DNA of 64,000 nucleotides from Lama glama (GCA_028534125.1 CM052818.1:33420001-33484000), one strand, 5' to 3'. Positions 38,142 to 52,549 are shown, counted from the first letter of the stretch. The notes: a model not told the origin generated them from the sequence alone. Program-made: numbers and translations.

Positions 38142-41109
38142 CCAGAGTGTGAAAATCTAATGCAAATACTGAAGTCATATCCAAAGTGAGCAGTCTTAAT
38201 GGATGCTGGTAACAGGAGTTAAAAATTCCCACTGTTAAAGTAAAGAAAAACAGAAGAAATAACTGGACAACAGCATGGCCTAAGTTATTAGATTATCCTT
38301 CAAAATCAAAGCCAAAATAAAACAAGGCACCCTGATGTGACTCTGAAGATTAAGCATGACTTCATTCGCAATAGGGGGAAAACTTCTACTAATGCATACA
38401 TACCTGTGTTAAGGAAAAACCAGACAAGGTTAATAAATGATGTCAAAGATCACTCAAGTTTTGCCCTAGACCAACAAAATGGAAAGGGTAATTTCAAACT
38501 GTTACCAAGCACTTTTAGAATCTGCCAAAGTTTAAAGATTTTTGTTCTTGCAAAGGAAAAAGCAATGATCAATAACAATAGTTTACTTCCTGGCCTTAGG
38601 AAGAGGGAGACTGGAGCTCTCCCGCTGTACTTCCTAGAGAAGCATGCCATCTGCCTTCTGCAAATTGAGATCAAACCACCAAGAATTTACAGGATAGCGG
38701 CTATGATAGATGACCTAAAATACTGATCTGTTGCAAAGAGGATGTAGTGCAAACCACACAGGAACCGACAGGAAATCAGCCCTCAGGCTGGCACGTATAC
38801 ATTTAAGAAGGCTAGGAATCCTGGGCCTTTGACAGCCAAATTTCATCTCTTCCCTTATAGGAAGAGTTATCTTTCAAAGAGGATAACTATTCCTATTCCT
38901 ATTTAATAACACTGCCCCCTGCCTGAACCAGTGGTTTCCTCACATGTATTAAAAGTCCATCTAAGGTCCTACTGCACTTACTTGACCAACAATCACATGT
39001 TTGCTGGCACACACCTTCATTTTCTCAGCCATGAGCCCACGGAATGCCATAAATGATTCACAAGCTGTGATGATGGTAAGAAGAAAAACTAATATTTGGA
39101 GTTCACCAAATAATGAGTCACACTCCTGGAAGAAAAGACATCCTTATAATTGGCAGCACTATAGGGCGAAATTTTAAAAATTGTTTTTAACATTAATATT
39201 AATTCCATGAGAGTTGGCCAAAAGAAAACGATGGAGAAACATGCGGTATTTGGTTTACTTATGCCTTATAAAAGTCCAGTTCATGCTCCAAGAAAAAGAA
39301 TGAGTAGGATATCTCTTACCTATTCCTAGACCTGCCTTCTGGGCTCACTGCTGCCAAGTTACTCATTCTCCCACACAACTCTTTCCATACTAATTTTGAC
39401 CCTTCAGAATCAAAAAGAAGTCTTGCCTTCTTTGCACCCAAATGCCAAAAGGGAATCTTTTTGTATTTCACCTTTATGAAGGGAATGTTTGAAAACAGGC
39501 CTCTCTGGCTGTGACATCAGTGAGTTACTGAGGCCTCCAAGGGCCGAAGGAAGCATTCCCAGCCCTCGCAGTGCTGCGTACTCCTACGGTGCAATCTGGC
39601 AATGGCCGGGGACCAAGTCTTTAAAGCTGTTTTATGGTATTTAACATATGGTCATAAATTGCTCAGTGCTCTAAAGAGGGGCTAAATTTGCCACCCCTAT
39701 TGATGAGAAATGTTCTTATTTATTTAAATTTAGTGGCAAATTGGCACTTCTCCAGATGGAGCGGTTTAGGCATAAGTACAAAGGGAGAACTAACTAGAGA
39801 TGAGCTGGAACTTTTCTATACGCTGAATGCAACCACATCGATTTAGGTTTACAGCACCACTATCAAACAGGATTTCCCAGAGAGAATGATAATAATAGGA
39901 AAAGTCTGATTTCTCAGGCCCAAGAAGAGGGAAAATATAAATTTCATTCAGAGTACATGAAAAAAAATGTTTTAATTCCTTTCTCTTGCTCCTCAAGCTA
40001 ACTCTCGCTTCCCTTGCCCTTTCATCTCTCCCACAGGTTAGATGTATTTGGTCTTCACATAAAATCTCATATCTGTAAAACTCCCTGGAACTTCCTAAAT
40101 CCTCTTAGCATCCACCTTCCTATTTTGCCATATTTTTTGTTAACTGGTTTATTTTTTTTTAATGCTCTCACTCCCTATCACTAAAGACGGGATCCTGCTA
40201 ATACATTTTGTTCTCTTCCTTTTACAACCTAGCCCAGTAGCCAAAGGCAGAAGAAAAACAAAATTTTATTTATTTATTTAGGTATTTATTTATTTGGTGG
40301 GGTTGTTACTAATGGTATTAATGTGAATGGCATCAGAAGGGAGATGTGAGGGGTAAAACCACTGCTGCTTTTCTTTTTTATATGCTGATATAAAACCAAC
40401 TGAAGAATCAGAAGATCTTGTCTGTCTCTGGAAATGTGAAGAAAGATTTCAATAAACTGCAGGTCTGACAGCATCCTGGGAAGAGTATTAAAGGAACTGT
40501 TCTATGAAGAATTAGGCTGGTCATATCAGACAGAAGTCTCACTTTTTAATTTCAGTAGAAATAGAAGAGCCATATCTGCCACACATATAAATATAAAAAG
40601 AGAGATTGATTTATTAAGAATCGATATATACAAGTTAATAATATGAATGATGTCACATACTACGAAATTTTGACATGCATATCTTTTGGGAGAAGGGAAA
40701 TATGAAATCTCAATTATTTCCCCTAGAGCAGACTAATGATCCAGTGAAAATCAGTGGAGAACAGCAATCAGATAATAAAGCAAGCCTGCTGTGCAACATG
40801 ACATGACCTGCAGTGCTTGCACCATCTGGAATGGCCATCAAATGTCCCAAAAGGTCTTACGCTAAATTTTGTTGAAATATGCTAGAGATGAGGGCAGCTC
40901 AATGTCCTTAAGGGTCAAAATAATAAAGAAAAAGGACTAGTTCAAAAGAAACAGAAGCATATCTGGGTGGTCCATACACTTCCACTAAGAACCTGCTTTT
41001 CTAAGTAGCTTTCATTCTTAGGTCAGATCAGAATTTTTAAATTTCTGCTTCACCTGCTCTGAAAAGCTATAAGCCCCTCTTTTCTGATATGAAGGCATTA
41101 TTGCCAGTA

Positions 41110-44100
41110 CCATAATCTTGCAAAAAAAAAAAAGAGAATCACCCTAAGATACAAAGATAATTAATAAACTGAAGGCATATATTGACAGCAACTTCGTACC
41201 CTTACAAGATGCTATACATTTACTAGTAAGACAACCCATATCGGAACCTATAAAACAAGTCATAATAAATTTTTAAAGGGTGTAAGTCATTCAAAGTATG
41301 TTCTCTGACCATACTGGAACCAAATTCAAAATCAATAAAAGAAAGATATTTGAAAATCTAGAAAATTCTGGACACTAAATGACACACTTCTGAATAGTCC
41401 ATGAGTCAAAAAAAAAAAAAGAAATCAAAAGCAAAATAAGAAAATGTGATGACACACTTCTAAACAACCTGGGTCAAAAAAAAAAGAAATTAAAAGGGAA
41501 ACAAGAAAATGTGATGAATTAAAATGAAAGTACAACAGATCTAGTCTTGTGAGATACAGCTAAAGCAGTGCTTAGATAGAAATTTATAGCATTATATTAG
41601 AGAAGAAAGATCTCAAATCAGTGACCTCAGTCTCCACTTAGTAAACTAGAACAAGAAGAGCAAGAAAATTCAAAGAGAAAAAAGGAATATTAAAGATCAG
41701 AATGGAAATCAATGAAATAGAAAATATAAATACAACAGAAAAGATAGATGAAGACAAATGCTGGTTCTTTGAAAAGATAAAATTGAAAAGTTAGCCAGAC
41801 TGATAAAAAGAAAAAAGGGATAAGAAACAAATTACCAATATCAGGAAAAACAGATGTGACAATATTACAAATTTTACATGTTAAAAAAAGAAACACTATT
41901 ATGAAAAAGGTTATGCCAATAAATTCAGCAACTTGGATGAAATGGACAAATTCCTTTAAAAATACAAACTACCAACACTCGAGATGAAGTAGATGAACTA
42001 CATTCTGTATCTATTAAGAAAATGTAACCTATACTCTAAAGTGGTTTCACTGGAGAATTCCACCAAACATTTAAGGAAGAAATAATATGAATTCTTCACA
42101 AACCATTCCCAAAAACTGAGGAAAAGGGGTCACTTCACAACTCATTCTATTCTGAAGTCAGTTTTGCTATGATGCTAAAACCAATAAAAAGCATGAAAAG
42201 AAAACTACAAACCAATATTATTCATGAACACAAATGCAAAATTCTAAACAGTTTTATCAGGTTGAATCCAATAACATATAAAAAGGCATCATGATCTAGT
42301 GGAGTTTTTATCAGAGATATAAGGTAAGTTGAATATTCAAAAGTCAGTCAATGAGATCCACCATATTAATAAAAATTTTTAAAAACCACATGAATAAAGT
42401 GTGAATTGATGAATAAAGTATTTACCAAAATACAACATCCATTCTTGATTTTAAAACAAAACAGAATGAAAAACTCTCAAGTAACCACGAATAGAGAGGA
42501 ACTTCCTCAAACTGGTAAACAGAGCCTGTGAAAAATATACAGCCAACATTATACTTAATGGTAAAAGACTATCTGCTTTTCCCCTAAAATCTGGGCAAAG
42601 CAAGAATGTCTGTTCTCTTCACTTGAATCCAGCAATCTGTAGGAGATTCTAGTCAGGTCACTAAGGCAAGAAAAAGAAATGTAGGGGAATTATATCAATA
42701 GATTAGCAACAAAGAGAAATATATATACTACCGATTAGCATCAAAAATATTCAGAGGTAAATTTAACAAAATTTGTACAAAAACCTGTTCAGTAAAAACT
42801 ACAAAATACTGAAAGACATTAAGGAAGACCTCAATGGAGAGGTTATCATTTTCATCCACTGGAAGACTCAATGTTATTATCCACAAACTGACCTCCAGAT
42901 CACTGCAGCCTCAGCAGAATTTTTGTAGACATTTGACAAGCCGATTCTAAAATTTCTATGGAAATATAAAGGACCTAGAATAGCCAAAATAACTTTGAAA
43001 AAGAAGTAGTAGGACTTACCGTAACTGATTTAAAGATTTACTATAAGGCTGTAATAATCAAGGCAGTGTTATATTCACATAAGAAAAGACAAATCAATGG
43101 AATAAAGTGTAAAGTTCAGAAATGGACCTACACCTAAATGATTAACTAACATACATATGGTCAAAGTTAACTCAAAATGGATCACAGACTAAAATATCAA
43201 AGGTAAAAATATAAAACCTCCAGGAGAAAATCTCTGAGACCTTCAAGCAAAGATTTCTTGGACAAGAAGCCAAAAGCATTAACAATAATAATAATAATAA
43301 TAAAAAAAACAGTTAAATTGGACTTCGTCAATGTTAAAAACTTGTGCTCTTGGAAAGACACCATTAAGAAAGTGAACATTGACAAACTGACAAACAACTT
43401 CTTTCTAGACTATATAAAGAATATTTACAACTCAATGAAAAGACCAATAATCTAATTAAAACATTAAGCAAAACATTTGAACAGACACTTAACAAAAGAT
43501 GCATAAATAGCCAACAAGCACATGAGAATGCAAATTAAAACAATAAGATAGCTCTACACATCCACTAGACTAGATGTAATTTAAAAGACCAACAATACCA
43601 AATGTTGGTGAGAACAGAGAATAACTAGGTAGCTCATAAGTTGCTAGCAGGAATGTAAAACAGTACAACCACTTTGGAGAACACTTTAGCGATTACTTAC
43701 AAAGTTAAACACACACTTAGCTTACAACACAATGATAGCACCCCTAGCTATTTACCCAAGAAAATTAAAACATATCTCCACAAAAAGACAGGTACAAAAA
43801 CTTAATAGCAGCTTTATTCATACTAGCCAAAAACTGGAAATAACACAACCATTCTTCAATAGATGAGTGAATTAAAAAAAAAACTGTAGTATATCTATAC
43901 AATGTTTTACTATTTGGCAATAAAAGGAACAAAGTACTGATATAAGGAATAATATGTATGAATCTCAAAAATATTATACTAATGAAAGAAGCCATATACC
44001 AAAAACTACACAGTATATGATTCCACTTACATGAAATTCAAAAACAGAACTGTTTTATAATTTGAGAGAGAGGATAAGGATCAGGAGTTGGGGATGGTGG

Positions 44101-44275
44101 TGGAAGGGACTGATTTGTGAAGGGAAAAAATGTTCTATTATCTTTGGGGGATGAAAATGTTCTATATCTTGACTGTAGTGTAGTTAAAGAGCTTTTTATA
44201 ACTGCCAAAATGTATGAAACTGTTTTAAAATGGATACATTTTATTTTATATAAATTATACTTCCATAAATTTAAT
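41110..44275 (+). mobile_element. Old L1, ORF2 (endonuclease through RT) to 3' end, heavily degenerate
   Basis: agtatgttctctgacca (SDH), tatgccaataaattcagcaacttggatgaaatggacaaattcct, 3' end tatataaattatacttccataaa. Confidence 0.88.
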
Positions 44276-45744
44276 ATAAAAACATGGGATATGAATTTCT
44301 ATTTCAAAGTGACTGTGTGATTAAATGAAAACGCGTATATAAATAAGTAGAACTATAAAATATATGCTCAGTAAGTTAGTTTTAGCAGTCATATCATTTT
44401 GTAAAAAACTATAATCACCATCAAGTCAGAATGTATACATATATAGTTAGCTATAACTAAGCTGACTTCGCAAATTTTTAATAAAATTAGTTGCTGTTCT
44501 TAAAACATTTTCTAACATTCCATGAATTCCAAGAAAAAAACATTCTGAAATGCCAAGACAAAGGAATCCTCAAAATCTGAGGGAGAGTTAATGTCTAATC
44601 CACAAAATTAGCACTTCTTACTTGCCTTTCAATGAGCATTTTTTAGAACATTCACTAAATTAAAGGTGACCTGCTTCCCTAATTAGCCTCTAAAAATACC
44701 TTGAGCGCTAGATAATAATAATCTTTAAGTAAATGAATCTTTTTAAAAGACAAAAATAAAGTAAAATGAACTATGCGACCAAGGGAAGTGATCATGCCTC
44801 TTAGCATGACGCAAAATACAAAATCCCTGGACTTCGTGTCCAGCTGTTTACTTAGCTCAACTCTCACAAGTCATAGTAAAAATGGTTCACTCCTACTCTC
44901 CTTGCAGGTACTCTCGGAGACCAGAAGAGCACTGGCCAAGAAGCCTCCCAGACAGCACAACCATCAGAGCGGCAGATTGCTGAGGGCAAATGAAGAACCA
45001 ATTATGTCAGGAAATAGGCCATCTTACTATTGCTTTGGTCCATCCTAGTGAAGCCCAAACAGTGTAAACAGAAGTAGAAAGAGGAAAGGCAGAATATTTG
45101 GAAAGTATAATGAGCAAATCGCTTGTACGGGCTTTTGACTCAGTTTGTTGTCCCCTGAGCTCCAATGAGGGGGTGACGGAGAGGCTGGAAGGGCAGACTG
45201 TGACAGCCTGAATGCTAGGCTGAGGGATTCAGTCAGTAAAATCCTGAAGGGAAGAGGGAAAGGATTAAAGCAGAAAAACTACTTAATTAGTGTTTTCTGA
45301 ATAAATTATCTATTTTAAACAATACAAGAAATTTTTCATAAAATAATACTGTCATCCCAACAAAACTGCCAACAGCTATAGCCATAGCAGCCAGCTTTTC
45401 AACTAACTGGCCAAAGTTCAAAATAAAAGGTAGAATAACAAACCAAGAAAAGTGCAAAATTCTCATAGATAAGATTAAATCAACAGAACCTTAATATCTC
45501 TTTCAGCTGACGCAACAAACCCCACACCACCACTAGGACCTTCTGGTGCTACCAGTTTGGTGCTTAGTTTCCGTTTGACAGACATCACTGCCAAGCCCCG
45601 AGTGTCTTTACTCAGTGCTACATAAGTAAGTCTTTAGAGGACAAAGAGCAGGGGAAAAAAGAGCATTCTGAGTTTACTATGCTGACTGGGCTAAAACAAA
45701 GTAATATGTAATACACCTGAGATGCAAGAAGCACTGTATTAATG

Positions 45745-45793
45745 TGTGCACACATGCATGTGCGCACACACAGACGCGCACACACACACACAC
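45745..45793 (+). repeat. Imperfect (TG)/(CA)n tract
   Basis: Directly visible alternating purine-pyrimidine run. Confidence 0.85.
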
Positions 45794-46339
45794 CACCAAA
45801 CCACTTGAGACAGGATCAAAAATGAAGTTGAATTTCAAGATTCAGTAAAGCCAAAGGTCTGGAACACTATTTGCAATGTGTCTATAAAAATATTTGTGTA
45901 TATTTAACCACTTTTAATTAAATGATGCATCCTATTTAAGTAGCAGTTCTAAGATTGGTTTCATTTTGTTGTAATCATTCTCCAAAAAATACAAATTTAA
46001 ATTTAGTGATGCAGTACTGAAGTCTTGGAAATGAACTGTAATTTTATACTGCTCCTCTGAAGACATGAGGGAGAAATTATATTATCCAAATCATAATCTC
46101 TTTTTTTTTTCACTTTTTCCTCTGGGGGAAAAAAGGCTTTTCCTCTGGGAAAGTCTTTCAACTTCAAAACCTTTAGAGATAGTTTTTTGACATGACTTAT
46201 TGACTCTGTCACAAATGGCTTTGAAATATTCATCATTCTTCTCAGACAATAAACAATGGCATTGCTTCTATTGTTAAAGACAAAGGGAAAATGTCTCTAG
46301 TTTCATTTGGAAGCTCTTTAGAAAGAACTCCTGAAACAG

Positions 46340-46852
46340 TGCAGTAGATAACTCTCTGGGTACCTGCCCAGCCCATGCTTACTTTGTGCTGAAACTGGCC
46401 TCTAGGAACCATGATAATACCTGAACCAGAACTCTTGGCCATATGAATGGATCACAAATGGACACCCAGCCCAAGCTGTCAATCAGATCCCCTCTCTCAG
46501 GAATTTAGACTCAAAGAACACAGGCTCTCTCTGGTGGTCTTGAACTTAGTCATAACGTAGGGTGCTCATGAAGCCATTTCTACTCTACATGAGGACAAAC
46601 AGAGAAATCTGGGGGAGGGGAGAAAGAATAAAGTGACAATAAAATATGTTGCAGGAGAAAAACACTCACAAGGGCACAGATGCTGCTGACTGGCTGCCAT
46701 CATGTCTACCATCCTTCAAGTCCCTATGAGGCCTGGCTATACTTCCTGCCCTTGGGCACCATGGAATTCACTTAATTCCTTATAAAGACAAACAAACTTT
46801 CTATGTTTGTTCCAGTGGGTTTCTTATAACCAAACAGTCCTTGATTAAAATA
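46340..46852 (+). mobile_element. Old MaLR LTR (MLT1J/K-like)
   Basis: aatggacacccagcccaagctgtcaatcagatcccctctctcaggaattt...ttccagtgggtttcttataaccaaacagtccttgattaaaata. Confidence 0.55.
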
Positions 46853-48383
46853 AATTGTTAGTATGAAAAATACAAATTTTAAACAAACGATAATTTCAAA
46901 TTTGAAACCAATGTTAGGAAACCATTTGATTTACCGGCTGCAGACTTGCTTGATATAACTTGAAATATTTCAATTATCTCTCTTTAGAGTTACCTAACAG
47001 TGTTATTCAAAAAACTTGGAAAATTGAGGATATTTCAAAGTTCTGTCACTTCCTCATCAAACCTCATCATTGTCAGATCCAAACAATGAACATGGTCCAT
47101 TCATTCCACACAGTTACTTACCCCCTCTAAATGCCAGGCAGTAAAGCAGATTAGAAATAAAACATGAGCAAAACAGCCTCACTCCCTGCCCTATTTAAGG
47201 AGGATACACAAAAACACAAACACATTAATTTCTTCAAGAATTAAATGCTACAGAGTCTGACTATTTTCACAAATATGCATTTATATGAAGTTCATTATCT
47301 TCCTCTGTGAACTTCGACATACCTGGTATATTTTCACTCTAGTTCTAGTGGCACCATTCTAGACCGCAATACATGTTTTATTTAAATCAATTTGATCACT
47401 GAAGATTCACTTTTCCGATCCTCTTTAAGTAACTACCAGTTGGCTCTTCTACAATCATGAAATTCAAGGGCTTCTCTTTAATTCAGATATCCTTTGACAT
47501 TTTCCAAGAGAATCTTACACAAATTGGCAACTCTTTTACTGCCCAACAGTTGTCTCTTCACAATAAAAGAGCTGAGAAAAGAATAACATCATTCCTAATT
47601 TACTGTGATCTTCTGGGCTTTTTGATTTCAATTATTTCATTTTGAATGTGGGTAATTCTGTAGGAATCAATTCATGAATTCATGGGTAGAAATATGCCCT
47701 CTCTTCTGCCTTTCATTCTCACTATCATTAACTGCAAAGTTTCCTTTATCCATAGATAAAACACTTATTTATAGAAGAACTGTTTTATAATATATAAAAT
47801 ATTCCAAAATATAAAATTTAGTTACATACCATTTTCATTAATCCGCTTTGAGAAGGCAGAGTAGAATATATAAAGACAAAATGGAAACAGACTCCAAATC
47901 TGCAAAGTACAGTATGTCCTTCCTGTTTTCTGAATTGGTAAGAGCAATGTTCCAATTACAAATTCCTTGTATAATAAATAACTTCTAAAGACTGAATTTC
48001 TGTTGGCAAAAACTGATACGAGTAACAGAATGTTACAACACTCTACTTCAACCAACAAAAATCTGAACACTAAGATTCACTGATACATGCATGCATTTAT
48101 CCCATTCCTTCAACAAATATTTAGTCGAATATCTTCACTGTGCTAGGGACTGCTGATACAATTTAATTTAAAAAAAAAATCTCCATCTCTAACTCTGCTG
48201 AGCTTAAAGTTATGTAGTAAAATTACTATAAGCTCTGAATATACTGATTCAGCCTTGGTTAAAATTATAGTTTAAAACCACACACCATAAATTTTGAATG
48301 GGAAACTTTAGAAAAAGAGGTTGTTTACATTACTACTACTGTCGATGCATCATAACTCAACAAACTCCTCTTAGAAACATTTA

Positions 48384-48538
48384 TAGTCGGCCTTCCATAT
48401 CCATAGATGTGAAACCCTTGGGGACAGAGGACCGATGGTATTACGCCATTTTATTTAAGGGTCTTGAGTATCTGGATTAGATTTTGGTATCTGCAGGGGC
48501 TCCTGGAACAAACCCCCATGGATACCAATGGATAACTG
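48384..48538. mobile_element. TcMar-Tigger MITE (Tigger3/MER2-like)
   Basis: TA-flanked inverted termini tagtcggccttccatatccat / atggataccaatggataactg; internal aagggtcttgagtatctggatt..ttttggtatctgcagggg. Confidence 0.8.
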
Positions 48539-49749
48539 TATAAATACTGTAAACAGATTTAATTTTGAAATAAATAAGTACAATTACAAAGAAAGAAACT
48601 TCAAATAGCCATGGCCTAAATATCATACAAATTAAGAAAAGCAAAACAACCTCGCTATATAATTACTGACAAGAACAAATTTAGGTGGGCAGGTGCATAG
48701 AACAATAGTCCAGTAAAGATGGTTCAACTGATCTTCACTTGAGTGTTAACTATGTGTTCAAAAGGTTTTTGTTTTGATTTCCTTATGTAAATTCTTCAAT
48801 TTTTATAGTCAGAGAAGAATGACTCATGTTTTGTAATTTCTGTAGTCAATTTCATTTATTTTTGATGATTCTATCACATTTCAATAGATATTTTAAAGCA
48901 ATTTCTATCTGGAAATCTAAAGAAGTTTATCGTTTGGCCTCCAATATTGAAGCACTGGGGTACTTCAAAGGTAAGAATTTGACAGTTTTTCAGATAATTT
49001 TTTAAAGCAAAGGGTGAAATGGCACCCTAAACACTATCTCTTTCCAAAGCCTAGAAGGAATTTGTACATACGACTTTCCTCTAGTCCATTAATCAAATCT
49101 TTCCATGGCTCGGCACCCCCTGCTATAACTTGGTTCCAAAACTAAAGTTAATCATATGGCCAACAGCCTTAAGAAAGGATAATGTCAGGAATTTCAGAAG
49201 AGGAAAAAAAAAACCAAAAATCTCATTCTTCCAATTCAATGAACTTTGGTAAATATAGTTTCCATAATCAATTGCCTTTTCCTTCTATTTGGCTATGGGC
49301 TGCTTAAGGCTATAATCTTGACTCACCTTAATGTGCAAGAATCTCAGCATACAAAGTTTATTTATTAGTCAATTATTATAGAGCATTCTTCAGACTAAAT
49401 TAAGTCCCTAACACATAATGATGATATCAAGCGATAATTTTATAGGACATAACTAACTTGTATGGTAAATCCCAGTTCAAATACCCTAATCACCAATGTT
49501 ATTAAGAGGCTTCCCATGAAAATCTTACAGTATTGAGAGGGTACAGGATATCAGTAAATGCTTCCTAACATAAACTCATACGGTTAGAAGGATCCGTGTG
49601 AAGTCACATTATTTCTGGCTCAAGACTGAACTGACCACAAACTTTTATTTCTTCTCTCTTCTAAGACCCACCTCTCATTCAATAATAGTGAAAGAATAGA
49701 AAGATAAAAATCCAAAACAGGAGAATAAAGAGGAAGGGAAAACAGTGGC

Positions 49750-51540
49750 AAATCAGTAGATGAGACATTTCCACAAATTCCTAGAAGACAGAATCCAGAT
49801 GGGGGAGTAGTACTTGATGAGATAGGGCAGAGAAAGCTTTGGTTGCAGTAAAGTGAGGAAGAGGCTACTGATGAGGACGAAGCCATCTGTTCTGGAAACC
49901 CATAAAAACTTGTAGTCATCCGGTGTGAGGAGGCAAGAATGAGACATGGGGCTACGAACAGGGAGATCAACTAAAATCTCCATGTGCTATAATCTATATA
50001 TCCATCCCTCTACAATGGCATGGTGGTCAGATGTGTATCCCAGGAAAAAAATACAGGGGCTTTTCTTAAAAAATAGAATACACTATTTGGGGGAGAGCTA
50101 GATCAGCTGAACTCCAAAACATAATACATAGGGGTCACTCAGCTTGCCCACCATTAAAACCCACATACTCAATTAGCCTTGCCTATACAGAAGTCCCAAT
50201 CAGAGTTTTATCATGTGTTTCAAATATAAATGGACAACCAATAGCCACTTTTTATTTGAGGAAAGGCTATAGAATCACAGTGGTTAAAAAAAGATGATAA
50301 ACAAAAATATAATCCCTAGGGAAAAATCAAAATAATTCAGAAAACAGAAAAAAAAACTTTAAAAAACAACAAAACTCTATAGTCTTTTAAAGCTTTTTTA
50401 TATACTGTATTCATAAAGTAAGAACAAGATGTTATGAAAGAGGAACAGAGCTCTAGAGAAAGAGTTCTTAGAAATTAAGATACCTAATTATGACCGTGGT
50501 AATACAAGCTTCAGCAAGGCTACAGGAAAGGTAGAAGGATGGAGAGGAGAGTGGCATCCCAGCAGGCTGTTTGAGACTGTTTTTCCAGCAAGATAACAGG
50601 ATAACCTGTTTACCAAGAAAGAATTCTAAAAACACAGGCTCTTCAAGACATAGTTTCTACACTACAAGGCCAAATCCAAGAGGATAGTAAAAAGTAAAGC
50701 CCACAGTGATAACTACAGGAGCAGGTACGCAGGATAATCATTCAAGCAATTTATAGACAAAGCATGGACAGCAATTATAGATTTAGAACAGGCAACAAGT
50801 TATTGATCTTGACAATGCAAAAGGAAAGTAACAGAAAACCAAAGCTGGGAGGCAAAGAAAGAGGAATGGAAGGAAGGGCGGGGGCTAATACCTTCATCTT
50901 ACAGAGTAGGAAGCCAAAAGACACTATCCATGGTTACTGGGAAACTAAACAAAAGCATACTAAGTACTCATCACTATTGCATAGAGATTTTGACTAAGTG
51001 GTAACCGTGTGCCAAGCACTTACTAAGAATTTTTAGGGGTTGTTCACTTAACTATAGAAATATTTTAAGCATATTTACCACACTTAAAATAACCCTTCAA
51101 AAAAAAAAAAGAAAGAAAGAAAGAAAAGAAAAGAAAAAATTTAAAGCTACAAGCTGACCAGGAACAGGAACTAACAGTGGCTATATAATTGCATTAAAGA
51201 AAAGGAGAAGAGAGAGATAAAGGGTGAAGTGAAAATAGGCTGATGCCATATGTATCAGAGCAGGAAGTCAAATGATAACATCTAAAACTGATAAGTCAAG
51301 AAACAAGAGGCATAAGCAGATTACTTAGACATATGGAGATCATCCCAAGAAGAACTAAACACTTAAACAATTTTAACAATTTTTAAGCGGTTGCCTTGAG
51401 AAACAGGACTAGGACTGAGGAGCAATGGGACAGAGGACTACTGCTTTCATGCATAAAAAACTGAATTATTTCTATTTCTAACTATGTGAATGACTTACTT
51501 TTGATCATTTCATTTAAATTTAGTTAATAATTTTTTTAAA
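49750..51540 (+). mobile_element. Very old L1/HAL1-like remnants
   Basis: A-rich strand with aagaacaagatgttatgaaagaggaaca..gagttcttagaaattaag and gctaataccttcatcttacagagtaggaag; family uncertain. Confidence 0.45.
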
Positions 51541-52048
51541 TAGTAGCAATCTAATCTGTCCTACTACCTCAGCCAGGTGAAATTCTTTTGTGTTTTAATG
51601 GTTGCCAAAGAATGATCTAATAATGCAAAGTTAATAAGTCAGCATGTCACACATTTTTAGTTCATGTTGCATTTGGTAAATTAATAAAAAGTGATTCTAC
51701 AGCAAATGAAGGTGTGGCCTCTCCTGGCCTGTGATGGTAAAACACACAGTCCATGGTCTCGAAGGCACTGTTCATTCATCTGTCCTATCTTCACCATCTT
51801 TGTTCTTTATTTCTCTCTGTAAGAATAGAGAGACTTTCATACCCCGTACACCACAAGTACAGGTTTAAGAGAGAAAATTCCTGATGAGATTATAGATACT
51901 AGCCAACCAAAGCTATCATCATTTCCATTCTAGGCTAGAGCTTCAGCACTGGTAATAATGGCAGAGAAGGGCTGATGCGACCGAGACCAACAGTGTAGAT
52001 GGTGGACTAAATCCAACAACTATTGCAAACATTCACTAAAGTCACAAA

Positions 52049-52322
52049 CCAGTGATCCAAGAGCTCAGGGCAGCCCACACACACATTTGGTTTGGCCTGC
52101 ATAATGCTGGCCCACAATGCTTGTAATTCTGAAAGAGTGGCCAACATCTAACACTGACAGAATTCATATAAAAATTCAGATGCTTATCTTCTCTCAATAA
52201 ATCAGCAGGGGCAATCCTTCAAGCTGAAACAGGAATGCCCCAATTTGCCACACCCAGCCCCCTTCCCTCATTCATGTTACCTACCAGTCTGGCCTTGTAG
52301 CCATCTGTATTTCTGACCTTTG
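52049..52322 (-). mobile_element. hAT-Charlie fossil (MER102-like)
   Basis: tggtttggcctgcataatgctggcccaca...ttcatgttacctaccagtctggccttgtagccatctgtatttctgacc. Confidence 0.6.
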
Positions 52323-52549
52323 CTATAAAACATACCATGTGCGTGCACACTTGATCACAACTTATTCCTGGCCGATTACCTTAGTTTCACTAGAATTAAG
52401 ATTGAAGCACAAATTTTCAAAAAGTGGTAAATCCTCATGAAAATACCTTAAGAAATAATACCTAAAAGCCAGAAATACAACTAAAGCACAACGTCCAAAA
52501 GCTAGCACTGTAATCTACATTTTCAGTAAAACAGTCATCATTTACTTAC

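Larger units (their letters stand above)
15309..52549 (-). other. BABAM2: BABAM2 intron between the two exons (GT-AG, 37,241 nt as assembled)
   Basis: Bounded by gtaagt at 52549 and cag at 15311-15309; phase-compatible; contains a 500-N gap so true length is uncertain. Confidence 0.9.
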
